DNA of 64,000 nt from an uncultured virus (IMG/VR IMGVR_UViG_3300022552_000006). Lineage: Duplodnaviria > Heunggongvirae > Uroviricota > Caudoviricetes. The stretch lies in IMG/VR virus record IMGVR_UViG_3300022552_000006; one strand, written 5' to 3'. A program made the translations under genes and the position numbers. This document shows, one piece after another, positions 41,501 to 51,252 of this stretch (the stretch's first letter is position 1; every line of letters starts with the position of its first letter). The notes beneath the pieces are model-generated. The model was not told the DNA's origin, ran no database searches, and worked only from the letters and a program-made list of their open reading frames with translations.

Positions 41501-42277
41501 TCAACAACCCTGCCCAACCTTTCTGCTTTTATGGAGTTTGGCTATTTGCTCCAAACCCTTGCTGAATGAGTCCTCAAGTTCCTGTTTCGGCTTCACGGTT
41601 ACTTTTTTCTTGCCCAAAATGGCTTCAAAGAGTTCCTGTTTGTATGTGTCCTTAATTTCGCCCAAAACCACGTTCTGCGTGTCCTTCTGTATGCTTTCAA
41701 GCAAAATTTCTGCGTTCTCAACATCTTTTTCGGATACTGCAATCGGATTAAGTGGCGTTGGCTTTCTCACCTGCTCTGCGTATATCAACTGAAACAATAT
41801 CAGAAAGTCGCCGAACGGCTCTATGAGTCCCAGGCGTTTTCTTGTCCTCATTATATAGTTAATCAATAGCGACTTTTTGCTCTCCTTCAAGGCCTCTCGC
41901 AATATGAAATATCCACGTTCAAATTTCTCCTTCGGTATCAAATAGTAGGTTTTGTCTATGAGATACTTTAACTTGTATGTGTCCTTCTGCTCAAACACCT
42001 TCAAAACCCTGCACGACTTGTCCTGTTTGTCCCTGATGGCTTCAATAATCCCTGCGTCAAAAACAATTTTCTTGTCCTTGCTGATTTTAAGTGCCTTCTT
42101 CATCTCGGAATACTGAATTTCACGGTTACACGTGGGGCAATATCTCCTGGTTTTAATGTCGTGTCCTTCGGGGCATACGTTTGAAAATGATATGTCGTTG
42201 TAATCTGCGAATGTGCTTAAAGACATCGGAAGGTTCAACATTCCAAACTCCAAATTTAATGTGCCTATTGACTTCAT
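41501..42277 (-). CDS. ku: Ku protein (NHEJ end-binding)
   Basis: G.L.FGMLNLP, ISF..V, I...RYC..C.REI, DKTYYL.P, Y.IL.EAL, EQVR and DTY...L motifs of prokaryotic Ku. Confidence 0.88.
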   Translation of the reverse strand: MKSIGTLNLEFGMLNLPMSLSTFADYNDISFSNVCPEGHDIKTRRYCPTCNREIQYSEMKKALKISKDKKIVFDAGIIEAIRDKQDKSCRVLKVFEQKDTYKLKYLIDKTYYLIPKEKFERGYFILREALKESKKSLLINYIMRTRKRLGLIEPFGDFLILFQLIYAEQVRKPTPLNPIAVSEKDVENAEILLESIQKDTQNVVLGEIKDTYKQELFEAILGKKKVTVKPKQELEDSFSKGLEQIAKLHKSRKVGQGC

Positions 42278-42829
42278 ATCTTACGCCTCCTTTAAAATTT
42301 TGTGTGACGGGCATAGTTCCCTTTTAAAAAAAATAAAAAAGGGGGCTTATGCCTTTCGCCTCGAAATTTCAATTTGCTCGTAAACTATTTTTCGGCATCG
42401 GGCAAAGGCCTCTTTAACCTGCTCTTCAAAATCTGCCTGTGCGTCAGGTTCAACCTCTAACTCTATGCTCGGCTTCACGTTTTCAAATTGCCCTGTCCTC
42501 TTCGTTGTGGCAAATCCGACAACAAATCTTTTAACTTTCATTTTCACCATCTCCAAAAATGCCCTTCAAAACCTGCCTGTCTCGTTCAATTATCGAAACT
42601 ACGGCACGGGCATAGGAAACTGCGTTCAACTGTCCCATACCCTTCTGCCGTGCCTCCAAATATGCCGTGTTGAAATTGTCTTCCATTTTCACCATCTCTT
42701 AAAAAATTTCGAAATTTCTTTAAATACGGCTTCCTGCTCTTCTCTGGTTTTGCATAAAATTTTGAAATCTCCAAAAACCGTATATGGATAATGCTTATTT
42801 TCATTTATCCCTTTGGATATTCCTATCAT

Positions 42830-43540
42830 TTAATCCCCCTTTATGCGTGGGGCTATAATAACAGCAAATTTCAGCCCCGAATTTCTCAAAACAAACTTAA
42901 TTGGGTAATCATTCCCGATATATATTTCGGCGTCAAAATCCTTTAATCTCTTGAGTTTCAACAGATATTCAATTGATGCTAATGTCCTTATTTTCTCCTG
43001 TGAATATGTCTCGCCGATTAAAACTTCGGAGTCCCCGCACTTCAAATATAGTTTTCTGTCCCTGTTCTCTATGGCAACGGCTTCGGTCACGTTGCTAAAC
43101 GTGTTTACATATTTCAGAAATTCCTTAAAGTCAATTTTTGCCTTTAAAGGCCATGTTAAATTTTTGATGTCGGGTAACTGTTGCTCTTCAATTTCTATGT
43201 TTTTGGTTATGTATTTCTGAATCCCGTCATAAAGCGTTGTGCCGCCTTCTGAAATTGTTATATTCACGGTATCCTTGAAATTGTTTAAAAACGGCAGAAA
43301 TTCTTTTAAGTTCAACCCTATTGTTTTATTGTTGTTTTCAATATCGAAATTCAAAAATGCCTCTCTTAATGCCTTAAAATTAAAATAACAAATCTGGGCG
43401 TAGTCAATACTTTTAATTTCAATAAAATTTTTGTTTAATCTTAAATTCACTTCATCTTTTAATGCTGAAATTGTTTTTAGCGTGTTTTTAAAATCTTTCA
43501 ATTCTTTTTTAGTCAGCGTTACATATTCAAATCTATTCAT
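42830..43540 (-). CDS. pcn: PCNA / DNA polymerase sliding clamp
   Basis: L.DEVN, ID.AQIC, IGLNL, SIEYL and NDYPIK...IAPRI motifs; 236 aa. Confidence 0.88.
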   Translation of the reverse strand: MNRFEYVTLTKKELKDFKNTLKTISALKDEVNLRLNKNFIEIKSIDYAQICYFNFKALREAFLNFDIENNNKTIGLNLKEFLPFLNNFKDTVNITISEGGTTLYDGIQKYITKNIEIEEQQLPDIKNLTWPLKAKIDFKEFLKYVNTFSNVTEAVAIENRDRKLYLKCGDSEVLIGETYSQEKIRTLASIEYLLKLKRLKDFDAEIYIGNDYPIKFVLRNSGLKFAVIIAPRIKGD

Positions 43541-44786
43541 ATACCCACCTTTTATTTTTTTTTTTTTTTTTTTTTTTTTATTTCGGTTCGGCTCGGTTAT
43601 CCACGTCTCATATAACCGTGTTCTCTCTCTTTTTTTATGCGGTTCGGCATATCAACAACCTTATGGCTCTTTATGGTGGCCACCATATCGGTTCTTTAAG
43701 GTTCGGTTCGTGCCGTTGGTTAAAATGCCAAAATCGGCAAAAACATTATAGTAATTGGTAACCGTTGCTTAATGAGTAATTTTTATAATGCTCAAATTCT
43801 GAACCCAATAAGTCGCTTAACAAATATTCAAAACTATATAAAACTTGAAATATTCTATCAGAACCATATAACCCACCACAATAAATGTTTCTGAAAATTA
43901 AAGATGCGTTTTCATTTTCAATATAAATATTAATCCTGTTAATGACTTTATACCTGTCAAAACCCTGTATAGTTACTCTAACTGTGCTTTTAACGTTGTT
44001 GGTTTTGACAAATTCGGCAAAACTTTTTAATGCCTTTAACTGTTCGGCGTCAAAATCTTTTTTTTCTATGCCGAATGTTCGATTATTCGGCTTTTTATTT
44101 AGATATATTTCTATCATTTACACCACCCTTTAAAAGTTTTCTTAATCTTTTAATATATATATTGTTTAATGGATTTGAATCTTGGTTTCTTATTGTGTTT
44201 TGTATTTGTTGTTTCATATATGTTTTAATGTATTAATTGATATATATATTTATGTATAGTGGAATATATATACTGAAGCATACAAAACTTTATATATGCT
44301 GATGTGTATTTATTGTTTTGGGTGATGTAATGAAGATAAACAACGAATACATAGAAAAACTATATGAAGACGGGCAAATAACCTATATGGAAAAAGAAAT
44401 TTTACTTAACGTAAACAACAATAAAAAATTTTGGTTGGGGTTGGTGTAAATGGCTAAATTTCAATTTGTGAGAAGTAGATATACGGGAGAGATTTTTATT
44501 GATTTACAAAACACATATATAAGAGTTGCTGACGGGCGGGAGTTTTTGCCTGTTCATTTTGAAAATGGGGAGTTGGAAAGATACAATTATATAGTAAAAA
44601 AGGTGGTGTGAATGGATAAAAATAAAGTTTTGGTAAATGTAGAAGGCCGTAAAAAACCTATATGGCTTGAAGTCGTGGACATAAAGAGAGTTGGGATATT
44701 GGAGAAACTGAAGACAATAATAAGGGGGGCCTGGAACACATAAAAAAAGCGTGTGTGGGGGCGTGTTGTAATTTGTGTGTGGGGGT

Positions 44787-44847
44787 ATACTGCAAGATGC
44801 AAGATGCACACAGTAATTAAGGATACTGCAAGATGCAAGATGCACAC
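44787..44847. repeat. 25-bp direct repeat
   Basis: atactgcaagatgcaagatgcacac at 44787-44811 and 44823-44847. Confidence 0.85.
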
Positions 44848-45699
44848 TGCACACAATAAGGTAATGCGTCAGAATTTTGTTAATCGGCTGTAAAGGTTTT
44901 GTGTGGCGTGTCCTATTATGTTAATTGTGTGGGGGTGTGTCATAAAAAAGGGTGTCCATAAATGAAGTTAACAGAAATAAATAACACGTTGTATTTAGAG
45001 ACAAAAGCACACAAACTTAATTTTAGTGTTTTTGTCGGCTCGTATATGTCTTATGCGGTCATCTCTGATTTTGTGTCTCAATATAAAAACTCTCTTGGTG
45101 AGTTTTGGGCTTTTGTCGGCTCACTTCTGTTTATTTATTCTTTTATAACTTTATGGTGGTGTTGCAGATGGATAAAAAAGAATTAATGAAAATGGCACGT
45201 GGCCTGTTCGGTGTGTCGGGCTTCTCTGAAGATTTTTTTAAGAAGTTTGACATAAAGAGAGAACAGACCAAAACACAGGCAGAAGCAAGGCAAAGGGTGG
45301 CAGAATATAAGAAGCGTGGCTACGTGGCCACATATAAGCGTTTTGACTTCGTGGATTTGGCACGTGAAAGCATCTATGAAGTCGTGGCCATTCGGGAAAA
45401 GGTGTAGTGGAAAATATATATTCGAATATACAGGTTTTGATGGCATAATGGAATATATATATTCCATAACATAAAATCCCGCATGGCCACCAACAAGGCC
45501 ACCAGGCCACAGGCACACAGGAATATAACGGTGTTATGGCGTGGCACAATATAACGGTGTTATAGGCGGGGGTGTCTTTAAATGGCGTGTGGGCTTAACC
45601 TGTGGGGTGGAAAATATAGGTTTCAAAATATGGTTTTCAATATATGGTTTTAAAAATATGGTTTAGAGAATATAATATATTGCGGGATATATGTTTTTT

Positions 45700-45766
45700 A
45701 GTATACAAAAGTATTTATATACATGATGCCAATAATAAAGCGGGTGATGTATAATGAAAATAACAA
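45700..45766 (+). promoter_or_regulatory. Archaeal BRE/TATA promoter plus RBS plus start, copy 1 of a 67-bp repeat
   Basis: CAAAAGTATTTATATA...GGGTGATG..ATGAAAATAACAA. Confidence 0.8.
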
Positions 45767-46094
45767 AAAAACAAATTAGTGAAGCACTAAAAAAGAATTT
45801 AGATGAAACCAATTTAGGCCAGGAAGTGTATTTTAAGGCACACGAGAAACATAAAATTGTTTATCATGGCATGGGATATGGCATGGATTGGGAATGTGTC
45901 GATTGCGGGATATGGTGGTAAGGCCGTTTTTAAGGTGATGGAATGAAATGTAAAAATTGCGGAAGAGAATTAAAAAGAACAACAAAAAACGGACATAAAA
46001 GTGTTAATATATATTGGATTAATAAAGGTTTTTGTAATCAAATTTGTGGTATTGAATACTATATCAAAAATAAGTAACATAATATATATACTGA

Positions 46095-46161
46095 AGTATA
46101 CAAAAGTATTTATATACATGATGCCAATAATAAAGTGGGTGATGTATAATGAAAATAACAA
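46095..46161 (+). promoter_or_regulatory. Archaeal BRE/TATA promoter plus RBS plus start, copy 2 (1 mismatch to copy 1)
   Basis: Same 67-mer, heading ORF 46149-46379; related promoters near 44270-44330 and 47030-47065. Confidence 0.8.
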
Positions 46162-47516
46162 TGTATCTTACAAATAAATTGATTGGAGGATATTTTTTGA
46201 AGATAGATACAGACCATTCAGAAGCGGGGGACTTTATACCTGCACGGGAAATAATCAGAATGGCCAAACAGCATAAAGTAAAAATTCACCTTGCGGGTAA
46301 CTATTGGGAACAATACAATAAAAAAGGTTGGGGCGAAACTGTTTCACCTGAAGAGGCCGAAAAACTGATAGGTAGATAAACCCACCACCACATTTTTTAT
46401 TATTTTGTAGTGGTGAACCAAAAGGAAAAAATCCGAAAAAATTCCGAGAGATTTTTTTATAAGGGCGGGTTGTCACCTCATAATCCGGAGGGTAAAATTT
46501 TTGCATAAAGCTTTTTTACTTCTAATTACCGCTGCATCCCGCACCTTACAATGCTTATAAGCCACCGCATTTTATAACATATACTGAGCTACAGCCCGCA
46601 GGGGATTCTCATTTGTCTGCTGGTGGGAGGATTAGCTGGTGGCAGATTCACCCATCCAGCCTTCCTGAGTTTTTCTTCATCCACATTGAACTCCGACTGT
46701 ATTTCAAACTCAACGCCATACTTTTTCAGGAAATAGAGCAGAAACATGGCGGAGCTTGCACCTTCCAGCGCCACGGCTTTTTCGTATGTGTTGAACAGCA
46801 CGGCAAAGTCCCTGACTGACACATCTTTGAGCTTCTTCTCTTCATCAATTCTTGCCCTCTCATCATCCCGCAGCCAGTCCAGGGCTTTCTCGAAATAGCC
46901 GTCAAGCTCGTCAGTTGACCTGTCCACCACGAAGGCAATTTTATACTTCTTTACCAGAACATAATTTACCCATCCCATAATTAATTATATGGCGCGCCTC
47001 CTATTTATGCTTTTCGCGGTGGACATATATACTTCAACACAGATAAGTATTTATATATGTTACACCAAAAATATAGCATGGGCGATGAGATGTTTGGCAT
47101 GAAGACGAAAAGGTGCTTGATGTGCCAGCGGGAATTTGTTACATACTTTGATGGAGTCCAGTATTGCGAAGAGTGTAGGAAGCTCCTTTAGGCGGGGCTT
47201 CTAAAAAAAGAATAGGTGAATAGAGGGTTTGGCATGTATATCGTGAAGACAAAGTTCAACGCTTTTTATGTTGCGCGGAAGCTCGAGATTGTCAAGGAGA
47301 ACAGGCACACGCGGAAAGAGGTGCTCCTTACCGATGCGTGGCGGATCATCAAAAAGGACAAGAGCGGGAAGGAGAGCCATCTGCATTACGACCTCTGCGT
47401 CATTAAGATGAAATATGTGCGAATTTACGGCAAAGCGAGCTTCGATGGCGAGCCGTCATACAGCGAGTGCGAGAAAATAATTAATAGCAGAAAGTTTAAA
47501 GAATATTAGGGGAGAA

Positions 47517-48911
47517 TTGATGCGGACGCTGGAAGATATTTTTCAGGGGGAAGACGAGCAGCAGTTTCTCCTTGACTGCCGATTTGATTTCGGCAAGTGG
47601 GTTACGCGCGTTCTTGGATACGATTACAAATGGTTTCACCGCGAGTGGATAGAGGCGCTTCTTTCAAAAAAGCGAATCGCTATCCTCGCGCCTACCGGCT
47701 TCGGCAAAACCACGATTCTTGGCATAGCATACCCGCTCTGGAACCTCTTTTATAAGAAATACTGGCAGGGGTTGATTGTCTCTAATTCCATACCGCAGGC
47801 CACCAAGATTATTGACAGGCTTAAGATGGCGATGCAGGAGAATGAACTTCTTCAGCGCCTCGTTCCCGAATATTCAAACCTGACCTGGAGCAAGACCGAA
47901 ATTGCCACATCCACCAAAGGCAGAATTTTCTGTAAGCCGTATGGCGAGAGCGCGAAAGGTGTCCATGTTAATTATGTTCTTGGCGACGAGGTGTCCTCAT
48001 ACCGCGACCATTCTATATGGTTCAGGTATATTGTTACGCGGGCAACCGCAAAGCGTGGGGAAGTTGCCGCAATCTCCACACCGGTTGACGAAAACGACTT
48101 GATGATGTCCAAGCTTATGCGTAGCCCGTATTACTGGCACAAAAGCTATCCTGCCATACAGAATAATAAGTCTATCTGGCCCGAGAGATTCCCGCTTGAA
48201 TGGCTCAAGCAAGAGGAAGCTGAATTGGGGAAGTCACACTTTGCCCAGCAATATCTCTGTAAGATAATTCCCGAATCGGAAGAGATTCCATTCCCAACGC
48301 GGCTTCTTGTACAGGCTCACAGTCTCAAATATCAGTTTATGGATAGGCGCCCCGAAGGCGATACCGATCCATATTATGTCGGATGCGATTTTGCTATGTC
48401 ACTCAAAGGCGACTGGTCTGCATTTGTCGTCGGCAAGAAGCGGGATGACAACAAGATTCAAGTTGTCAAAATATTCAGGTTTCGTGGCATGCTTCCGTCC
48501 GCCCAGACCGAAGTCTTGAAGAGCATTAACCGCGATTTCCAGCCCAACAGAATGCTTCTGGACAAGTCAACTTTCGGCGAGTTCATCGTCAACGATCTCA
48601 TCTCTGAAGGCATACCCGCAGTCGGCTTCCCGTTCACGCAGGAAAACAGGAACTCCGCATTTGCCAAAGCTATAACACTTTTAAATGAAGGAAACATAAT
48701 ATTGCCATACAGCAAGGAACCGACATATACATCGCAGATGATTGACCGCCTTGAGCATGAGCTGACGCATTTTGTTGTTGACAAGACACCGAGAGGATAT
48801 GCAACATACAAAAGTTTGGCAGACCACGATGATGTTGCAATCGCGTTCATTCTGATGCTCAAGGCGGCGGCTGAAGAAAGAAAGTTTATATCCTATATAA
48901 GGGCGAGGTAA
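47517..48911 (+). CDS. terL: Terminase large subunit
   Basis: APTGFGKT, VLGDE, ISTP, WPERF, YVGCDFA and HDD.A.A motifs. Confidence 0.95.
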   Translation: MMRTLEDIFQGEDEQQFLLDCRFDFGKWVTRVLGYDYKWFHREWIEALLSKKRIAILAPTGFGKTTILGIAYPLWNLFYKKYWQGLIVSNSIPQATKIIDRLKMAMQENELLQRLVPEYSNLTWSKTEIATSTKGRIFCKPYGESAKGVHVNYVLGDEVSSYRDHSIWFRYIVTRATAKRGEVAAISTPVDENDLMMSKLMRSPYYWHKSYPAIQNNKSIWPERFPLEWLKQEEAELGKSHFAQQYLCKIIPESEEIPFPTRLLVQAHSLKYQFMDRRPEGDTDPYYVGCDFAMSLKGDWSAFVVGKKRDDNKIQVVKIFRFRGMLPSAQTEVLKSINRDFQPNRMLLDKSTFGEFIVNDLISEGIPAVGFPFTQENRNSAFAKAITLLNEGNIILPYSKEPTYTSQMIDRLEHELTHFVVDKTPRGYATYKSLADHDDVAIAFILMLKAAAEERKFISYIRAR

Positions 48912-49272
48912 ATGGAAGAAATCACATACAAACAATTTAAAAAATGTATGGAAAGTTTAATCGAATCGCATATGGAAGAATTAAAATATGAGATGCAAGA
49001 CTATATGCAGTATATGACACCAGACATTTATGAGCGAATTCAGAATACTGTAAAAATCATAGATGAAAATGAAGATATATTAAGAGAAGGCGAAAGGCAC
49101 AAAGATGATGCACTGTTTTTCATACAAAATAATTTGCCGACGTATCGGATTATTGGGCGAGAGCTTAAGAGAAGGCATGAAAACAAGAAAAAGGAAAGCG
49201 ATTTTTCCTATGCATGAGTAACAAAAGCGTAAGCGGAAAACTTTATTAATTTGCTTTAACAAATATTATTGA

Positions 49273-50580
49273 TTGTATATGACTTTGCTCGATTCTTTTA
49301 GGCGTGTCTTTAACCTTTCTTCCAGCAATAAGACTGTCCAAACGCTTGGAATGAAAAGCGTGGGCGAGACAACTTTAACATTTAAGAGCGGCGAGGAGCA
49401 GCTAAAGCGGGTAAATCCAATTGACTTGGAAACCATTTATATTAGGGAAGGCATGGTCTACAACTGGATAAATAAGTTTGTTGAGTCTTTTCTTGCCTGC
49501 GATTTTCGTGTTAACACATCAAATGAGCGCGAAAGGAAAATCATGGAAGAGTTTCTGCGTGCTTCCAATTTTCGCAACCTTTTGAAAACAACTGTCCAGC
49601 ATATGCTTGTGTATGGCAATGCTTTCTGGGAAAAAATTACAAACGGCGGGACTAAGCTTCTTGCAGTTGATTGGATAGATCCCAAGACAATGGATGTTAA
49701 GAGAACTCCGATGGGAAAAGTAATTTATGCGCAAGATGGAAAACCTGAAGCTTATGTTCAATATGTCAAATGGAATGTGGATACATCTAAAATCCCGAAA
49801 GAGAGGCAAGTAAATCAAACTGCTATGTTTCCTGAGACGCAGAGCGGGAAAGGCATCCTTCTTAAGAGGGAAGAAGTTGTTCAGTTTCCGTATAATACAA
49901 TCGGAGATTCTTGGTGGGGTGTCGGACTTATTGAACCCATCTATAATATTATCAGGGTTAAGCAAAATGCGGAAGCCGGATATGCAGAAGCGATTCAGCG
50001 TGTAGCGTATCCACGCATCTGGGTTAAAGTTGGAGACGATCAGCATCCTCCGACACCAGAGCAGATTGATGATGTGTGGAACCAGCTCAAGGGTTTGGAA
50101 ACGAAGCATCAGTTTGTTTCTCCATATTTTTATGAGCCAGTTATTCTTGAGTCAAAGCGCGTGGAAAAGCTGGCTGACAACCTAAAATATTTCTCTGATC
50201 AAATTGTTGCCGGGCTTGGAGGTCCTAAACCATTTATAACTGGTTTGGGAACAGACACCAATAAGGCAACCTTAAATGACCAGAAAATTCTTTTTGAGAG
50301 GCAGCTCAAGGCCTTACAAGAGCAAATTAGCCAAATAATTGAGCGCGAAGTTTTCGCAGTTTTAGCAAAGCAATATAGATTTCGTTCTGTCCCGACTCTT
50401 GTTTGGGAAGAAATATCTACAGAAAGTTTGGATAGCAAAGCAGACAGGCTGGTAAAATATGTGAATGCTGGTTTACTGAATCCAGACAAAGATATCAGAA
50501 ATATAATAAGAACTTCTGAGAGATTACCTGAAGAGAGCGGCAACAGTCAGGAGGTTGGGGCAGATGGTGAATCTAAATAA
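49273..50580 (+). CDS. Portal protein
   Basis: LVYGNAFWE, IDPKTM and WWGVG.IEP motifs; follows terL; 435 aa. Confidence 0.9.
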   Translation: MYMTLLDSFRRVFNLSSSNKTVQTLGMKSVGETTLTFKSGEEQLKRVNPIDLETIYIREGMVYNWINKFVESFLACDFRVNTSNERERKIMEEFLRASNFRNLLKTTVQHMLVYGNAFWEKITNGGTKLLAVDWIDPKTMDVKRTPMGKVIYAQDGKPEAYVQYVKWNVDTSKIPKERQVNQTAMFPETQSGKGILLKREEVVQFPYNTIGDSWWGVGLIEPIYNIIRVKQNAEAGYAEAIQRVAYPRIWVKVGDDQHPPTPEQIDDVWNQLKGLETKHQFVSPYFYEPVILESKRVEKLADNLKYFSDQIVAGLGGPKPFITGLGTDTNKATLNDQKILFERQLKALQEQISQIIEREVFAVLAKQYRFRSVPTLVWEEISTESLDSKADRLVKYVNAGLLNPDKDIRNIIRTSERLPEESGNSQEVGADGESK

Positions 50581-51010
50581 GCTCAAAAAATTGACGCGTG
50601 ACCTTGATAGCATTACGCAGGACTTTGCACGCGAAATGGAATATGAAGCGCTTTTTCTCGAATCAAAAGGCAAAACTCCCATATTTAATTTTATGAAACA
50701 AATTTTTGACAATGTTAAGTCATGTGTTTTTATTGTCAGCAAAGATTGTAAAATTTTGTATGCCAATCCTATGAGCATTAAACTGGCTAACAAATTTGGT
50801 GGAAAAGCAAAGATTGGTAATTTTTGTATAAGATTTTGGAGTGGAAAGACAAAATGTAAAATGAAAAATTGTCCATTAAAAAGGGCTATGAATTCTAAAA
50901 GAATGTTAATTGATAAAATAAATTATAGGGGAGATAATTTTGAGATAGTGTCAATTCCATTATATGATAATGGAACTACATCTGTATTGGTTATTGCTAA
51001 CAAGTTGTAG
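50555..51010 (+). CDS. Stand-alone PAS-domain protein
   Basis: FDNV..CVFIVSKD.KILYAN...IG..C...C...CP......FEIVSIPL.D. Confidence 0.75.
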   Translation: MGQMVNLNKLKKLTRDLDSITQDFAREMEYEALFLESKGKTPIFNFMKQIFDNVKSCVFIVSKDCKILYANPMSIKLANKFGGKAKIGNFCIRFWSGKTKCKMKNCPLKRAMNSKRMLIDKINYRGDNFEIVSIPLYDNGTTSVLVIANKL

Positions 51011-51021
51011 AGGTTGGTAGG

Positions 51022-51252
51022 ATGTCTAAGACAGATGAATGGAGACTGAAACAAATGGAATGGCGTGGCTATACTGTAAAGGCTTTGGAAGATATGAACA
51101 ATGAATTGAAAGAAATTAAACATGAGTTAAAAGACACGAACAAAAAAATTGACAGATTAAACAATGCGCTTGGGCGAGTACAGATAAAAGTTGCTGGAAT
51201 AGGAGCTACTGTGGCCATTCTTGTTTCAATCATACTGCATATTATGTGGTGA
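51022..51252 (+). CDS. Coiled-coil protein with C-terminal TM helix (XhlA/holin-like)
   Basis: Heptad repeat followed by VAGIGATVAILVSIIL. Confidence 0.55.
   Translation: MSKTDEWRLKQMEWRGYTVKALEDMNNELKEIKHELKDTNKKIDRLNNALGRVQIKVAGIGATVAILVSIILHIMW

Noticed and set aside
44787..45664. Mini-CRISPR array from the short direct repeats
   Set aside because: Only two copies each with gaps of about 10-11 bp, or contiguous units; no spacer-length unique sequences
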